Shown here piece after piece: positions 52,426 through 64,000 of a stretch of DNA of 64,000 nucleotides. Both the position numbers and the translations under genes were made by a program. Below the pieces are notes generated by a model, which had not been told where the DNA came from, made no database searches, and saw only the letters and a list, made by a program, of their open reading frames with translations. The stretch covers positions 81,966,001-82,030,000 of the forward strand of contig NW_024704743.1 in assembly GCF_018977255.1 (NCBI RefSeq), given 5' to 3'. Position 1 is the stretch's first letter. Each line of letters starts with the position of its first letter. The stretch is from Callorhinchus milii (taxonomy: Eukaryota).

Positions 52426-55400
52426 ATATTTATTATATATTTATTATTGCCTCCCCAGGCTGAAGCAAGCTGTTGCTGCATTATTAAAAATATCATCTTT
52501 CAAGTAAGATGTTAAAACTAGGATTTGTTCTGGTGACTTAAATGGATAATAGAAAACTCTGGTATCTTGACAAATATTTGTCCCTTATCCAAATTCACCT
52601 AAAGTGGTCTTATTGTTATTTGTAGGGTGTAACACTGGTGCAGATAAGTTCTGTGTTTACCTAAAGTACACATTGAAATAATTAATTGTGTGAAATTGTA
52701 GCAAATTTTAAATTCTGGGGCTAATACATTTTTTTAAATGTGAAGTTGAAGGGTTGAAGAGATTGTCTGTTCTCTGATTTAAGGCCTCAGACCTCTCACA
52801 GGTGTAAAAGCTAAACCCCCAAACAGGCTTTCCAATACATAGTATATTCTTACTGCTGAGAAGACGTGAGAGAAACATTGTAAAACCCGAATCTGGTGTT
52901 TGATAGTTTGTCACCTGTTGGAGCTGTCTTTTGAAGTTTCAAGCATTAAGGTATTTTACAACCTGAGTTTGGGAAATGCTACTCCAAAAGGTACTTTGAA
53001 ATTCCAAAGGACATAAAAGAGTTTTTTCTATACTGAACAAGCTATTTCTCCCATTTAGAAGAGTTGATTGACCAACTCTCAAACAGAAGATGAGTCAGTC
53101 TCTGGCTTATCAGTAGACTCAATTGGAGGCAGAACCATTCCCAGATGTGTCATGACCCCAAGTTCAAAGAACTTTTACTTCTTCTAAAACTGTTTGGACA
53201 CTTTTGACAAAAGGATGAAATTTTGTGATTTTATAATGTGTTCTTTGTACTGAGCTAGTCTGCAATCCTGGAAGCAGAATGTGAATTTATAAAAGGAAAG
53301 ACTTAATTCAGTCTATATCATCTTCTGCTGCACTCATAGGGGGAAACAGAATTTAATGCTGGGCCAATGTTTTAGCATGGGATTCCCTCGGACTGTACGA
53401 TTGTGCTGAGAAGGAAGGGGGTCAGGTGGAAAAATCCTTCCAAGTAATATTTCTCCTTCCAGGCCCGAGAAGTATTAAGACATCTTATTGGATCATCCAT
53501 TCTAGATCAACATAGACAATGAATCAAACCCTTATCTTCTGATCAATTCTGTTGAAGGATCACAGTCCCAACATTAACCTACCCGCTGTGCATTTTGTGC
53601 ATTTCCAGGATTATCTGGTTTTATTTCAGGTTTCCATCTTTTGCGATTTCACTTTTAATCTTGGCTACAGAAGAATTGGGATCACTTACTGCAGGCCAAT
53701 TAGTGCAATATGGATCACTAGTAAACATTACTCTCACTATCTAGCAGTGAGATAAATGCTCCCTCATTGTATGCATTAAATTGAGATCAGTCGTTCTAAT
53801 ATTGCTTTGGGTTGCATTAGAATTCTTAAGGAGCACTGACTCTGTTAACTTTAGGTATTTAAAACACAGTTCTCTGAAAGACAGGAAGGTAACTCATTTT
53901 TTTAATTCTAATTTTCATTGCTCATTACTAAATTTATCCTTATGCTGTAAAAAAAACAAAATAAGATTACCTCTCATTAAACAATTAACCAGGTAATACC
54001 TGGCATTGCTGTGGTTTTTTGGTCACTCAAGTGTCTGACACATATGGAAACCTGGTACTCACCAGGTTTAAGAGTATCCAAATCAGACTAAGTGTTCCAC
54101 ATTTGTATGCCACCAATGCATGGAAATTTCCCCATGTTTGGAATGGAATGCGCACTCTCTTCCTAAAGGGACATACCCTGCATATCTGATTGCGGAGTGT
54201 TGGTGCAGGTTGGTAAGAGAACCCCAAAGTGTGCATTGAAGTACTGCTGAAGTTTAACCAGTGAAAAACGTACTGCTTGGCATTGAGAGCACAAGCTCGC
54301 AAGCTTTTTAATGCTTGTTCAGCTAGGGCCACCCCACCCATTTGGGCTTTGACTTACAGGGTTAACAGGAGCTGCGCAGGAAGATTCTCTGCACCCAGTT
54401 ACCAATCTATCCCTCTAAGTCCTGCCAATGAGCCAGGCTGGTTGGAATGGAGTGCTGAGGACTCACTGGGCTCAGGAACTGAACAACCAAGGTCACCAAA
54501 GAAGGTTGATTCAATTCCAACATTCTGCTGCCAAGCATGTCACCTTGGAGGCAGCTATGCTCCAGGGAGACATTGGAGATTGGCATTGCTAACACAAGAG
54601 AGTAACAGGGCTTCAGGCAGAGAAGAAAGTTGGCTATTCAAAACAATACTGCCAGCCAGCATGGAACGAACAAAAGAAGCCAGTTCTGACTTTTCCCTGA
54701 GAGTGCCAGCAGTTTACAGGAGCTTGAAAGATAGATACAGGGCAAGCCTTACCCCAGTAAAACACAATAACCTTTACAGACAAGGAGGCAACAGCAAGCA
54801 AGTTAAACCAAATTAATTCAGGGCATGCTAGTGGGGAGCATGGATCTGGGTGATTTCTCTTGGTGGGGGCACCTCATACCCTCCAGCCTGCAGTATTTTG
54901 TGAGGACCGTAAGCATATTGTTACCCTTGTCACACTGCCAGCCATGGTCTGTTTTGCTTCATGTTCAAGTCTGTTTTTAGTTTAGCTTTTGTCTCAGTGC
55001 CAGCCTTTAGATACCAATTTATCAATGTTAACCCATTTCTTATAACATATGCAGGCTGAAGTAACTGCTGGTGGCAGACATCCCATGCACCTGAAGGTTA
55101 TTCATTCAAACCAGAGGCTACCCACACCTGCTGATTTTCAAACTAACAAAGTTGTCCCTTTCAATTTTTTTTCTATGAAAGAAAACACAATGCATTCCTT
55201 CTTACAAAAGATGCACTCTAAGACACAAAGGAGTTATTCTTTCTGTTGACTTAGAAGGCGAGGCGGGGAATCTGTTTTATATAGTGTGTTGAGGTTGGTT
55301 GGGTGAGAGACAGCTCCAGAAATTCCAGCCTCAAAGAAAAAAGAGGATGGTGGACAGAGCTACATCCGCACAAAAGTGCATAATTCTCAATTTTAGTGGG

Positions 55401-56022
55401 TTCTCAAAATATAATAGACACTTTGGAACTATGATACTAGTCCCGTTAACAAACTAGTGGTGGCTCATTATAATAGATTAGGGAGGTTAAACCTTCCCCA
55501 TTCTGTTTTTATTGACCTTCACAATGGAATCCCAATATTTGAGGCTGGTATCAGAGGTCTGGGACGTTAGACAGGATTTTGTTTTTTAATGTACCCCACC
55601 CCTTATTGAAGGCAGGAGCCACTACTGGACACAACATTACCTCTAACTGTATGTAGAAAACTCAGTTATGAAGCACGAATAAGCTGCATGTTGTGCATGG
55701 ATTGTTGCATTTGATATAGCATCTGGTCACATTGAAATGTCTCAAAAAGTTTTCCACAACGAGTTAATCTGAAGTGTAGTGACTGCTGTTTGGTAAGGTA
55801 TTATATCAACTAGTCTGTGCCAGCAAAATCTCATATAGAGCAAAAAGATGAACGACTGAATTGATGTTTTTCTTGGTGGGTTTGAATGAAGGGCCAAGAC
55901 CCAAATTGTAGAATACAGAACATTCCACACTTAAACACATAGTAAAATTGTGTAATACATACATATAAACAGTGCAATCTAAAATGTGGGCATCTCTAAC
56001 AGAATAGCTTAACGGTAAATAC

Positions 56023-56194
56023 CAGTAAACCTCACATAAGTCGTATCAGTTGGAACCATACATTTAATATGACTTATGCAAAATATAAATTATGTCAAAG
56101 TTGCATTGAATATAAACTTTTGAAAGATTTGGGCAGATGTACAATTTAAGCCATTATATAATTTATACAGATTAGATTTATGCAGGTTTTACTG
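56023..56194. mobile_element. Tc1/pogo-type MITE
   Basis: TIR CAGTAAA-CCTCACATAA / TTATGCAGGTTTTACTG|TA; internal IR CATAAGTCGTAT / ATATGACTTATG. Confidence 0.6.
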
Positions 56195-56274
56195 TAATAA
56201 TCCTTGCATTTCAAATAGCACTTATAACATCAAAACATCTCAAAGGAGAGGCACATAACTGAGCCAGTACAATG

Positions 56275-57423
56275 CAAACAAATTTACATTTATATAGAAC
56301 CTTTCATGTCAGGAGGATGTCCCAAGGAGTTGGACTATCTAAGACTTGCACACGAGCTGGAGTATTGGTGAGGGGGGTGAGAAGGGGGAAGATAGCTGAA
56401 AGTACAGTCAAAGAGGAAGGTCTTCAGGAGACCTTGAAGGAGGTGCGGGAAGGAGCGAGGAAAAGGGAATCAGGCATGGAGTTCCAGAGAGTGGGGGCAG
56501 CGTCGCTGAAAGCCCGACCGCCGATGATGGGGCTAGCAGGGCGGAGATATGAAACAGGGCAGTGCCTGCTGAGTGGAGGAGCGGTTGGGTTTTATGGATG
56601 TTTCAGAGGTAGGGTGGGGCAAGATAATAGAGTGATTTAAAGGGTTTAAAGAGTAAGAGAAATATTTTAAACTCAAATCACTGGGGAATGGGGAGCCAGT
56701 GGAGCTGGACGAGGATGCGTTGACAGGTTTGGGGAGTCTAGGCGTGAGAGTTCTGGATAGTCGGCAGCGTGTGGAAAGGAATAATAATAATCCTAGCAAT
56801 TGATATAGTTCCTTATCACGTCTTCGAGACGTCCCAAAACACGTTACAGAACATACTGTAAAGTGAATTGACTGTATTTTTTGTGGGCGAAATGCAGCGG
56901 ACAATAGTCGTGGATTGAGTGACAACATTTTTTTTGTGGGATTATTACCCAAGGAAATGCAATCCGCCAATCGACTAACAACCAGGTTCCTACTTACTGC
57001 TAGGTAAATAGAGGCGTGTGGAATAAGAAAACTTGCCCAACATTTTGCCCTGCCGGGAATCAAACCCAAATCTCTCGCTTGTAAGGCGAGAGCTCAAACC
57101 ACTGAGCTACAGTACTCCAGCAGGTAGTACAACAATAAAAGGATTGTTGTAGCCTGGATGTGATAAATGTATGGATTAGAGTTTTGGTGGCTTGGGGGGA
57201 GAGGTCGTGGTGGAGGCGGGAAATGTTTTGGTTATAACACGAATGTGTGGTTTAAAGGACAGTCAAAAGTTGAACAAGACACCAAGGCTCTGCAAGGTGG
57301 AATATGCATCCAAGTAGTTTGAATCGGTCAGCACCTGTGGTGAGAAGGCGCTGATGGGACCCAAGCAGAAGAGACTCTGACTTATTGTCATTCAACTGAA
57401 GAAAGTTAGAGCTCATCCAGGGC
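56275..57423 (-). mobile_element. L2 3' fragment interrupted by a SINE
   Basis: Tail at 56278-56330; CATGGAGTTCCAGAG; TTCAACTGAAGAAAGTTAG. Confidence 0.8.
56780..57118 (-). mobile_element. tRNA-Ala SINE, long variant, nested in L2
   Basis: Head, CORE-like segment and tail; internal deletion in the body. Confidence 0.88.
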
Positions 57424-57447
57424 ACCTGGCTCCAGTAATGGCTTTAT

Positions 57448-57568
57448 TTACAAAAGAGAACTCCGAACAGTAACACTAACATATGGGAACTCTGAGATCC
57501 CACTGGAGAGGAGTTTCATGGGTCAATGGGACACGCATTGAGTTACCAAAAGGAGTTCTCATTTGTAA
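57448..57568. repeat. Short inverted-repeat (MITE-like) element
   Basis: TTACAAAAGAGAACTCC / GGAGTTCTCATTTGTAA (16 of 17 pair), inner GTAAC / GTTAC. Confidence 0.55.
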
Positions 57569-57929
57569 CTTAGATTCCTTATTCAACAATCCTAGCGTTG
57601 TATTTTAGACCCCAGTATGGACCAAAGTACACTTACACTAATGCGTACATCAAACAGTGAAATGTACGGAAGATAAATGAAAATGCACGTTTTATACTGA
57701 GGTGCATGTAGAACTTCCCATAACTTACTACACATGCATTTTAAAATAGTATAGGGTTGAGAGGGTTATCATTGGTATCATGAACTGTTATATTGAAGCT
57801 TTATTTATTTTATTATTAATTTTAGTTTATTAATGTCAGCTCAACCCCAAAATATGTTACTGGCTTGGATAATGCTTCAAAGTATGTCTGTGTAAGATCA
57901 AATAGGCACTCTGAAACATTGCTTGATTT

Positions 57930-58675
57930 ACAACAACAACCTGCACTTACATAGCACTCTACATTTAGGGAAGAACATCTCAAAGCATTTCACAAGAACA
58001 ATGAGGATCACTAAACAGCGAGATAGTTTTGGAGCCACAGAAAGAGGTGCAAGGTTTTGGGATCATTCCAAATAGTGGGTCACAATGACTGAAATCTCAG
58101 TCCCTCAGGATGGAGGGAGGGAGCAGACAGTTGAACTAGATTTAGAAGAATGGAAAACATGTGCTGAAGAATAGGGCTGAAGGAAATTGCCATGCTCGGG
58201 AAGGTTAAATGGCGTTTGAAGGTTAAAGCAAGGATCTTGAATTGTATCCACTGAGGTATTGAGAACCAATGAAGTCTGTTGAGGATAGAATGTGCAGAGC
58301 AAGGTGCAAGGCAGAATATGGTAACTAAAGTTCTGGGTCATGTGGAGTTAATGGAGAGTGCAGATAGGAAGGCTGTCAAAGAAAGAGTTGGTAAAATCTA
58401 GGTGACAAAAGCAAGGATGAAGGATTTTGCTGTGAAAGGAGTGTGATATGGTAAGCGGTTAATGTTCCAGAATGAAAAAAAGTGATCTTAGTCAACGGCT
58501 GCTTGAGGGTTTGGCAGAGCTGGGGAGTCAAACAAAACCCAAAACACATTGGCTCACTTACCTCAGTATCAAGCTGATGAGGTTGAGGTAGCCAGAGGCA
58601 AGAAGGTCTCAACGAGAACTGAACACGACGTCTTAGGTTTTGTTGATGTTTAGCTAAAGGAAGTTGAGTGTTATC
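57930..58675 (-). mobile_element. Old degraded L2 fragment
   Basis: ACAACAACAACCTGCACTTACATAGCAC tail; AGGATCTTGAATT; GTTTTGTTGATGTTTAGCT. Confidence 0.55.
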
Positions 58676-58964
58676 CTTTTGGGACGTCTAGAAGACGTGA
58701 AAAGAGCTATATCAAATGCAAGGATTATTATTATTATTATTTACCTTTTGGGAGCAGGTAAAAACTGACTGAACATTTCTGAGAAGTTTGTGTGGTTTTG
58801 CAGGAGTTCTTGGGGAATGGATTATTCATGACCTGTCGGAGAAACAAGCTTGAAAGGTCAAATGCTTTAATTTTTTGCTTAATTGGCAACAGTAGAATAA
58901 GTTGCATATAGGATAGTATTATTATTAAGAAAGATGTTTTTATTTGCTGAATATAGACATCATA

Positions 58965-60450
58965 AACCTCTCCCTGTCAACTAATACTGTTCCCACCCCC
59001 ACTAAAAACTGTCGTTATCACTCCTATCCTTAAAAACCTCTACCTGGACCCATCTCTACTCTTTAACTACCACTTCATTTTCAACCTCCCTTTCCTCTCG
59101 AAGGTCCTGGAATGAGTTGTTGCTTCCCAGCTTCGCTGCTTCTTCTCTCGCCACTCCCTTCACGAACCCCTCCAATCAGGTTTCTGTGCCGCCCACAGCA
59201 CAGAAACAGCCCTGGTCAAAGTGACAAATGACATTCTGTCCATCTGCAACCAGGGCTCCCTCTGCCTCCTTGTCATCCTTGACATTTCGGCTGTCTTCAA
59301 CACCGTCGACCACTCTCTCCTCATCCACAGCCTCTCCTCTCACTTTAACTTTCACGATTCTGTCCTTCACTGGTTCAGATTGTACCATTCCACCACCTCC
59401 TCTTCAACTCCACAAACGGTTTCTCCTCTAGCCCCCGCACCATCTCGTGTGACATTTCTTAGGGCCTCTTATCTTCAATGTCTATGTGCTTCCTCTTGGT
59501 GACATCATCCACAGACATGGGGTCAACTTCCACATGTATGTGGATGACACCCAACTATATCTCTCTGCCTCCAGACAGAATGTCTGTCAGACATCAAGGC
59601 CTGGATGAGAGCTAACTTTCTTCAGTTGAACATCAACAAGACCGAGGCTCTCCTGATTGGCTCCCATCAGCGCCTCCTCACCTCAGGCACCGACAGCATC
59701 ATCATCCATGGTTGCCCATTCCACCTTACTGAGCCAGTCCAGAATCTTGGCATCTTGTTTGACCCTCAACTATCCTTTCTACCCCACATCTGCGCTCTGC
59801 CTTCCCCCACCTCCGAGACATCACCCGGCTCTGCCACTGTCTCACACCGCAGGCCGCTGAAACCTTCACACATACTTTCATTATATCGAGACTTAACTAT
59901 GCAAACTCCTTGCTTGTCAGCCTCCCTAACTCCTCCCTCCATAGTCTGCAGATCATCCAGAACTCTGCAGCCCATGTCCTCTCCCGCACCAGACTCCATG
60001 ACCCTATCACTGCCATCCTCGTCCAGCTCCACTGGCTTCCCATCACACAGATGATACAGTTCAAGACTGGTCCCCACCTTCAAAGCCCTCCATGGTCTTG
60101 CTCCCCCCTACCTCTGCGATCTCCTAACCCCCTACCATCCTGCTCGCTTACTCCACTCAGCAGGCTCTGGCCTGCTTCATGTCCCCCGCCTCGCTCACCC
60201 CACTATTGGCGGGCGGGCCTTCTGCCATTTTGCCCCCACCCTCTGGAACTCCATTCCGCAATCTCTCTGCCTCGCCCCCTCCCTTGCCTGCTTCAAGATC
60301 CATCTCAAGACCCTCCTCTTTGACCCTGCTTTCCCCCTTGCCCTCCATCCTCCCCGACCCCGACCTCAAGTCCAAAACTCTGTCTGTCCAGCGCCTTGGG
60401 ACGTCCTCCCAACGTGAAAGGCACTATAAAAATGTAATTTTGTTGTTGTA
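58965..60450 (+). mobile_element. Longest L2 fragment: RT domain to 3' tail, multiple frameshifts
   Basis: [51 protein letters not shown]; tail at 60390-60450. Confidence 0.95.
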
Positions 60451-61534
60451 TTTGCTTCCAGAAGCTTGGTCTAATGACACCTTGGAGTGAATAGAGATTT
60501 TTTTTAAGTCTTAGTCCGTCTGGGGTTTGTCTATCACGTTACACTTGTATGGCATTGTGTCAGACGCAAGTGTAGTTAAACATCTAATACCAAAGTGACC
60601 AAAGTATTCTTGGTAAAAAAAACTCTGAGATTTTACCCACCTCAAGCCATGCTGGTGAAATGCCTGAAAGTAATGCTGCCTGACACATGAAGAATGTGTG
60701 TTTAGAAACGTTGGCAATGATTGTAAAGTAATGTAAACTTCCTGCATAGAGGGGTACAGAGACCTTCCTCCAGTCAACCATCTACTATAATTTACGAGAT
60801 ATCCGGCAGCACTGAATGTTTATTCATCTCTGCAGACTCCAGCCCTTTGATCCATTGCTCAGCCAGGGCACTGGGCAAAAAGCTTTTCTGTTCTGAAACG
60901 GTAAATTTTTATTCAATATTATCATTCAAGGGAAGATATCTGATGTGATGTGTCTGCAGTTTCCAATGATGATTACTTGTAATGTGTTTAATTATTTAGC
61001 TGTCACTCTGAGGTGTTCTCTTAGGTGAAGGTTACATGAATGTAGATTAGGTGAATATATAAATGCAAAATGTTGTTGATGTACAGCAGAAGCTTTATTA
61101 TCTGCCATTAAGGTGTCAGGTTGGGACCATTCTGAGATCAGAACAGACCAAACTCTTTGCTTTAAGGTCTGTTTATGCCAAGAGGTCATGCCCTTCAATA
61201 TCAAGTCACTTGGAGCAGTCATTCTCTGAGTTCAGCTGTGAAGAATGATTTGGGCCAGGTATCTGCAATACTTTGGAGTACTTCAGCGTGAGTCAGTGTG
61301 TTAAGAAGAACAAAGGAACAGAGGAATGTGCAGTTACAGCGTATCCCACAGTGTCTATGGCTAGCCCCTTTCCTTGCCGCCTTCAAGGTCCATCTCAAGA
61401 TCTCCCTCTTTGACTGTAAAGTGCTGTGACTGCGTATTTTTCAGATTGTGTTTTCTGTGTGCAAATAGGCTTCTGCATTTCTCTTTAAATACACAGTCAC
61501 TACAATTGACATCAATTCCCTGTGAAGTGCTTTA

Positions 61535-62180
61535 ACATAGCATGTTAGCATTTATTGCAAAGGGGTTAGAGTACAAGAGTAGGGAAGTCTTGCTGCAATT
61601 GTATAGGGCCTTGGTGAGACCGTACCTAGAACATTGTGTGCAGTTCTGGTCTCCTCATCTAAGAAAGGATATACTCGCCTTAGAGGGGGTGCAACATAGG
61701 TTTACGAGGTTTGTTCCTAGGATGAGGGGGTTGACCTATGATGAGAGGTTGAGTAAACTAGGCCTATATTCTCAAGAATACAGAAGAATTAGAGGTGATC
61801 TTATAGAAACCTGTAAGATTCTTAAGGGTCTTGACAGGGTAGATAGTGTGAGACTGTCCCTGGTTGGAGAATCTAAAACCAGGGGTCATAGTCTCAGGAT
61901 TAAAGGTCAGCCCTTTAGAACTGAGTTGAGAAAATATTTCTTCACTCAGAGGGTAGTGAATTTGTGGCATTTTCTACTCCAGAAGGCTGTGGATGCTCAG
62001 TCATTTTACATATTCAAGACTGAGATCGATAGATTTTTAAAAACTAAAGGGATTAAGGGATATGGGGATAGAGCTGATAAATGGAATTAAGTTAGAAGAT
62101 CAGCCATGATCTGATTAAATGGTGGGGCAAGCTCGAGAGGCTGAATGGACTACTCCTGGTCCTATTTCTTATGTTTTTCT
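61535..62180 (+). mobile_element. CR1 3' fragment; open 182-aa C-terminal ORF2 remnant (61542-62090)
   Basis: LLQLYRALVRPYLEHCVQFWSP, RRIRGDLIE, FFTQRVVNLW; CR1 3'UTR ending TTCTTATGTT. Confidence 0.95.
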
Positions 62181-63929
62181 GTTATTAAAAGTTTTATATG
62201 GAATAGGAGCTATTTTAAAGGCATATTAAGATTACTTATTTAAGGTATTTGTCATAAAGCACTTCGAGATGCTACCCACGTGAAGGGTGCTATATAAATG
62301 CAAGTTGTTGTTAATAAATGTTTTTATGAAATTTTACAAAGATCATTTGCATGTTTCGTAAATATCGATGTATCTCCACATTGTATCTATCAAACCATCT
62401 GATCACACTTCACCTCATTACTGAGCAGTAACTGAAATCTAGTGCTCACAAAATCCTGAATCCTTTCACTTAAGGTACTTGGCCAATCATTGGTCTGTCT
62501 GGACATCACTTTGGCAGCAGCCAGTAAATCAAGAGTTATTAGTTTCCAGAACCAGTACAAAGTTCCCTCTCTGCTTGGGGTCCTATCAGTACAGCAGATT
62601 TCAGCTATTAGAGGCACTGCCATGTATGGTTCAAAGGTCATGTTGCATTCAGATCCTCAATTCTCCGAGGACCCTGAAACATAAAGGCAAGATTTATTGC
62701 CAATTGTGATTCCTGTTAAATGAGTGTCATCAAACCTGGTCATCATTTACTGGTTGTCATTAATCTGATAGTTTTGATCTTCGCAGTTGGATTAAAATTG
62801 ACAGGTGGGTGGCAGAAAATCCTTCTAACTAAATCAAGCTGTGAGGCCCACATTAGAAGGACTTTTCACACAGATACCCAACAGTTGGCCGCAGGCTTGA
62901 GATCTGTTACTATTTATTCTTCCCCATCTTGCACACGCTATTTTGTTTGTAACTTTATTGTTTTGTGTCCAGGCATGATCCTGACAGAAGGAAAATAAAC
63001 AAGAACTTTCCACCATTTTGTTACCTCTGCCAGAGAGAGCTGCAACAGGACTGATCACAAAGAGATCCTTTTCATATTTCCTCACTCATACCAGTCTTTT
63101 CAGGATTAGATTGTTTCCTGAAGGAGGAAACACCCCAGTTGCTTCCTCAACCAAAACAAATAATGTTAAAGATTGTTTAGGTCTCGCCATCGCTTTTCAT
63201 CTTTAAATCATCAAAATGTTTTTCATCTGGGCTTGATAAACCCAGCAATGCTCTGGAATTTGAATTAGGGGTCAGGCTGCTTATAAAGGCATCAAACCAT
63301 TCCAACAAACAGTAGGGATGAGATGGAGTGAGAATGCCTAGAGGAAATTATTATGTTTGTCTAGTCATTACTTTATAATCAACAACACCAACTTGCATCT
63401 TTAAATAGCAACCTTCATCTACCTTGGGTAACAGTTTGCAGCAATTCACAAATACAGTGTTGGACATCTGGGAAGGAAGGGGGAGGGGAGTTGACCATAG
63501 GTGCAATGGGAGTGCGGGAATTCAAACTTCAGTAAAGATAAATTTGGTTCACAATTTTCAGCCGTATGATAGGCAGTTCCTTAATTATGGAATGTAATGT
63601 GTTTAGGAATATAAGAATTTTCCTATCAGTAACTGTTAGGCCACAGTGGGAACTGACACATGTTGACTCACTGAGAGTGGAACCTTACCAAACCCACACC
63701 CAACAGGCGGATGCACAAACACCCAGACCAACACAGGCACTTTCCAGCATGAGAATTTCCCCCTCCCCCGTACTGTTTTAATCTCCAAAATCAGCATTTC
63801 AAAGCAATTGATCTTTAACATCCACCAAGACAAGACCTCAGAAAATGTTAATATTTCTTCGAAAGGATCCCAATTCTGACAATGCAGGGTTTCCCCAGCT
63901 TTTGCATTATGGTGTCAGCCTAGCCGATG

Positions 63930-64000
63930 GGAGTCAGAAACCCAACATGGAACTTGAAACCACAACCTTCTGACTCAGAGGTGAGAGGACTGCCAACAGA
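63930..64000 (-). mobile_element. Deu-type SINE head at the window edge
   Basis: CTTGAAACCACAACCTTCTGACTCAGAGGTGAGAG. Confidence 0.7.

Noticed and set aside
54277..54816. 179-aa ORF
   Set aside because: Non-ATG start, no domain-like features, no splice support
61542..62090. 182-aa ORF as a host gene
   Set aside because: It is the C-terminus of CR1 ORF2 in a 5'-truncated copy lacking the endonuclease and RT core

Overview
Repeat-rich, apparently non-coding vertebrate DNA. The repeat content (L2 and CR1 LINE fragments, Deu-type SINEs, a young tRNA-Ala SINE with (ATT)n tails, Penelope-like ends) points to a cartilaginous fish, probably a chimaera such as Callorhinchus. That assignment is inferred from recalled repeat consensuses, not from a search. 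I found no host protein-coding gene, true tRNA, rRNA or CRISPR array. Every recognisable ORF is a decayed LINE ORF2 piece or a SINE read-through. The most interesting signals are: (1) two palindromic Penelope-like insertions, each with a 13-bp target-site duplication; the one at 28.1-28.4 kb carries a minimal hammerhead ribozyme core on each strand and has an L2 tail at its centre; (2) a 3' stem-loop shared by LINE and SINEs that shows C-G / U.G / U-A covariation; (3) a mosaic SINE with a tRNA-Ala head, CORE-like segment, Deu-type 3' body and L2 tail; (4) multi-layer nested insertions. The sequence alone does not demonstrate a new biological system. Boundaries of old repeats are approximate.
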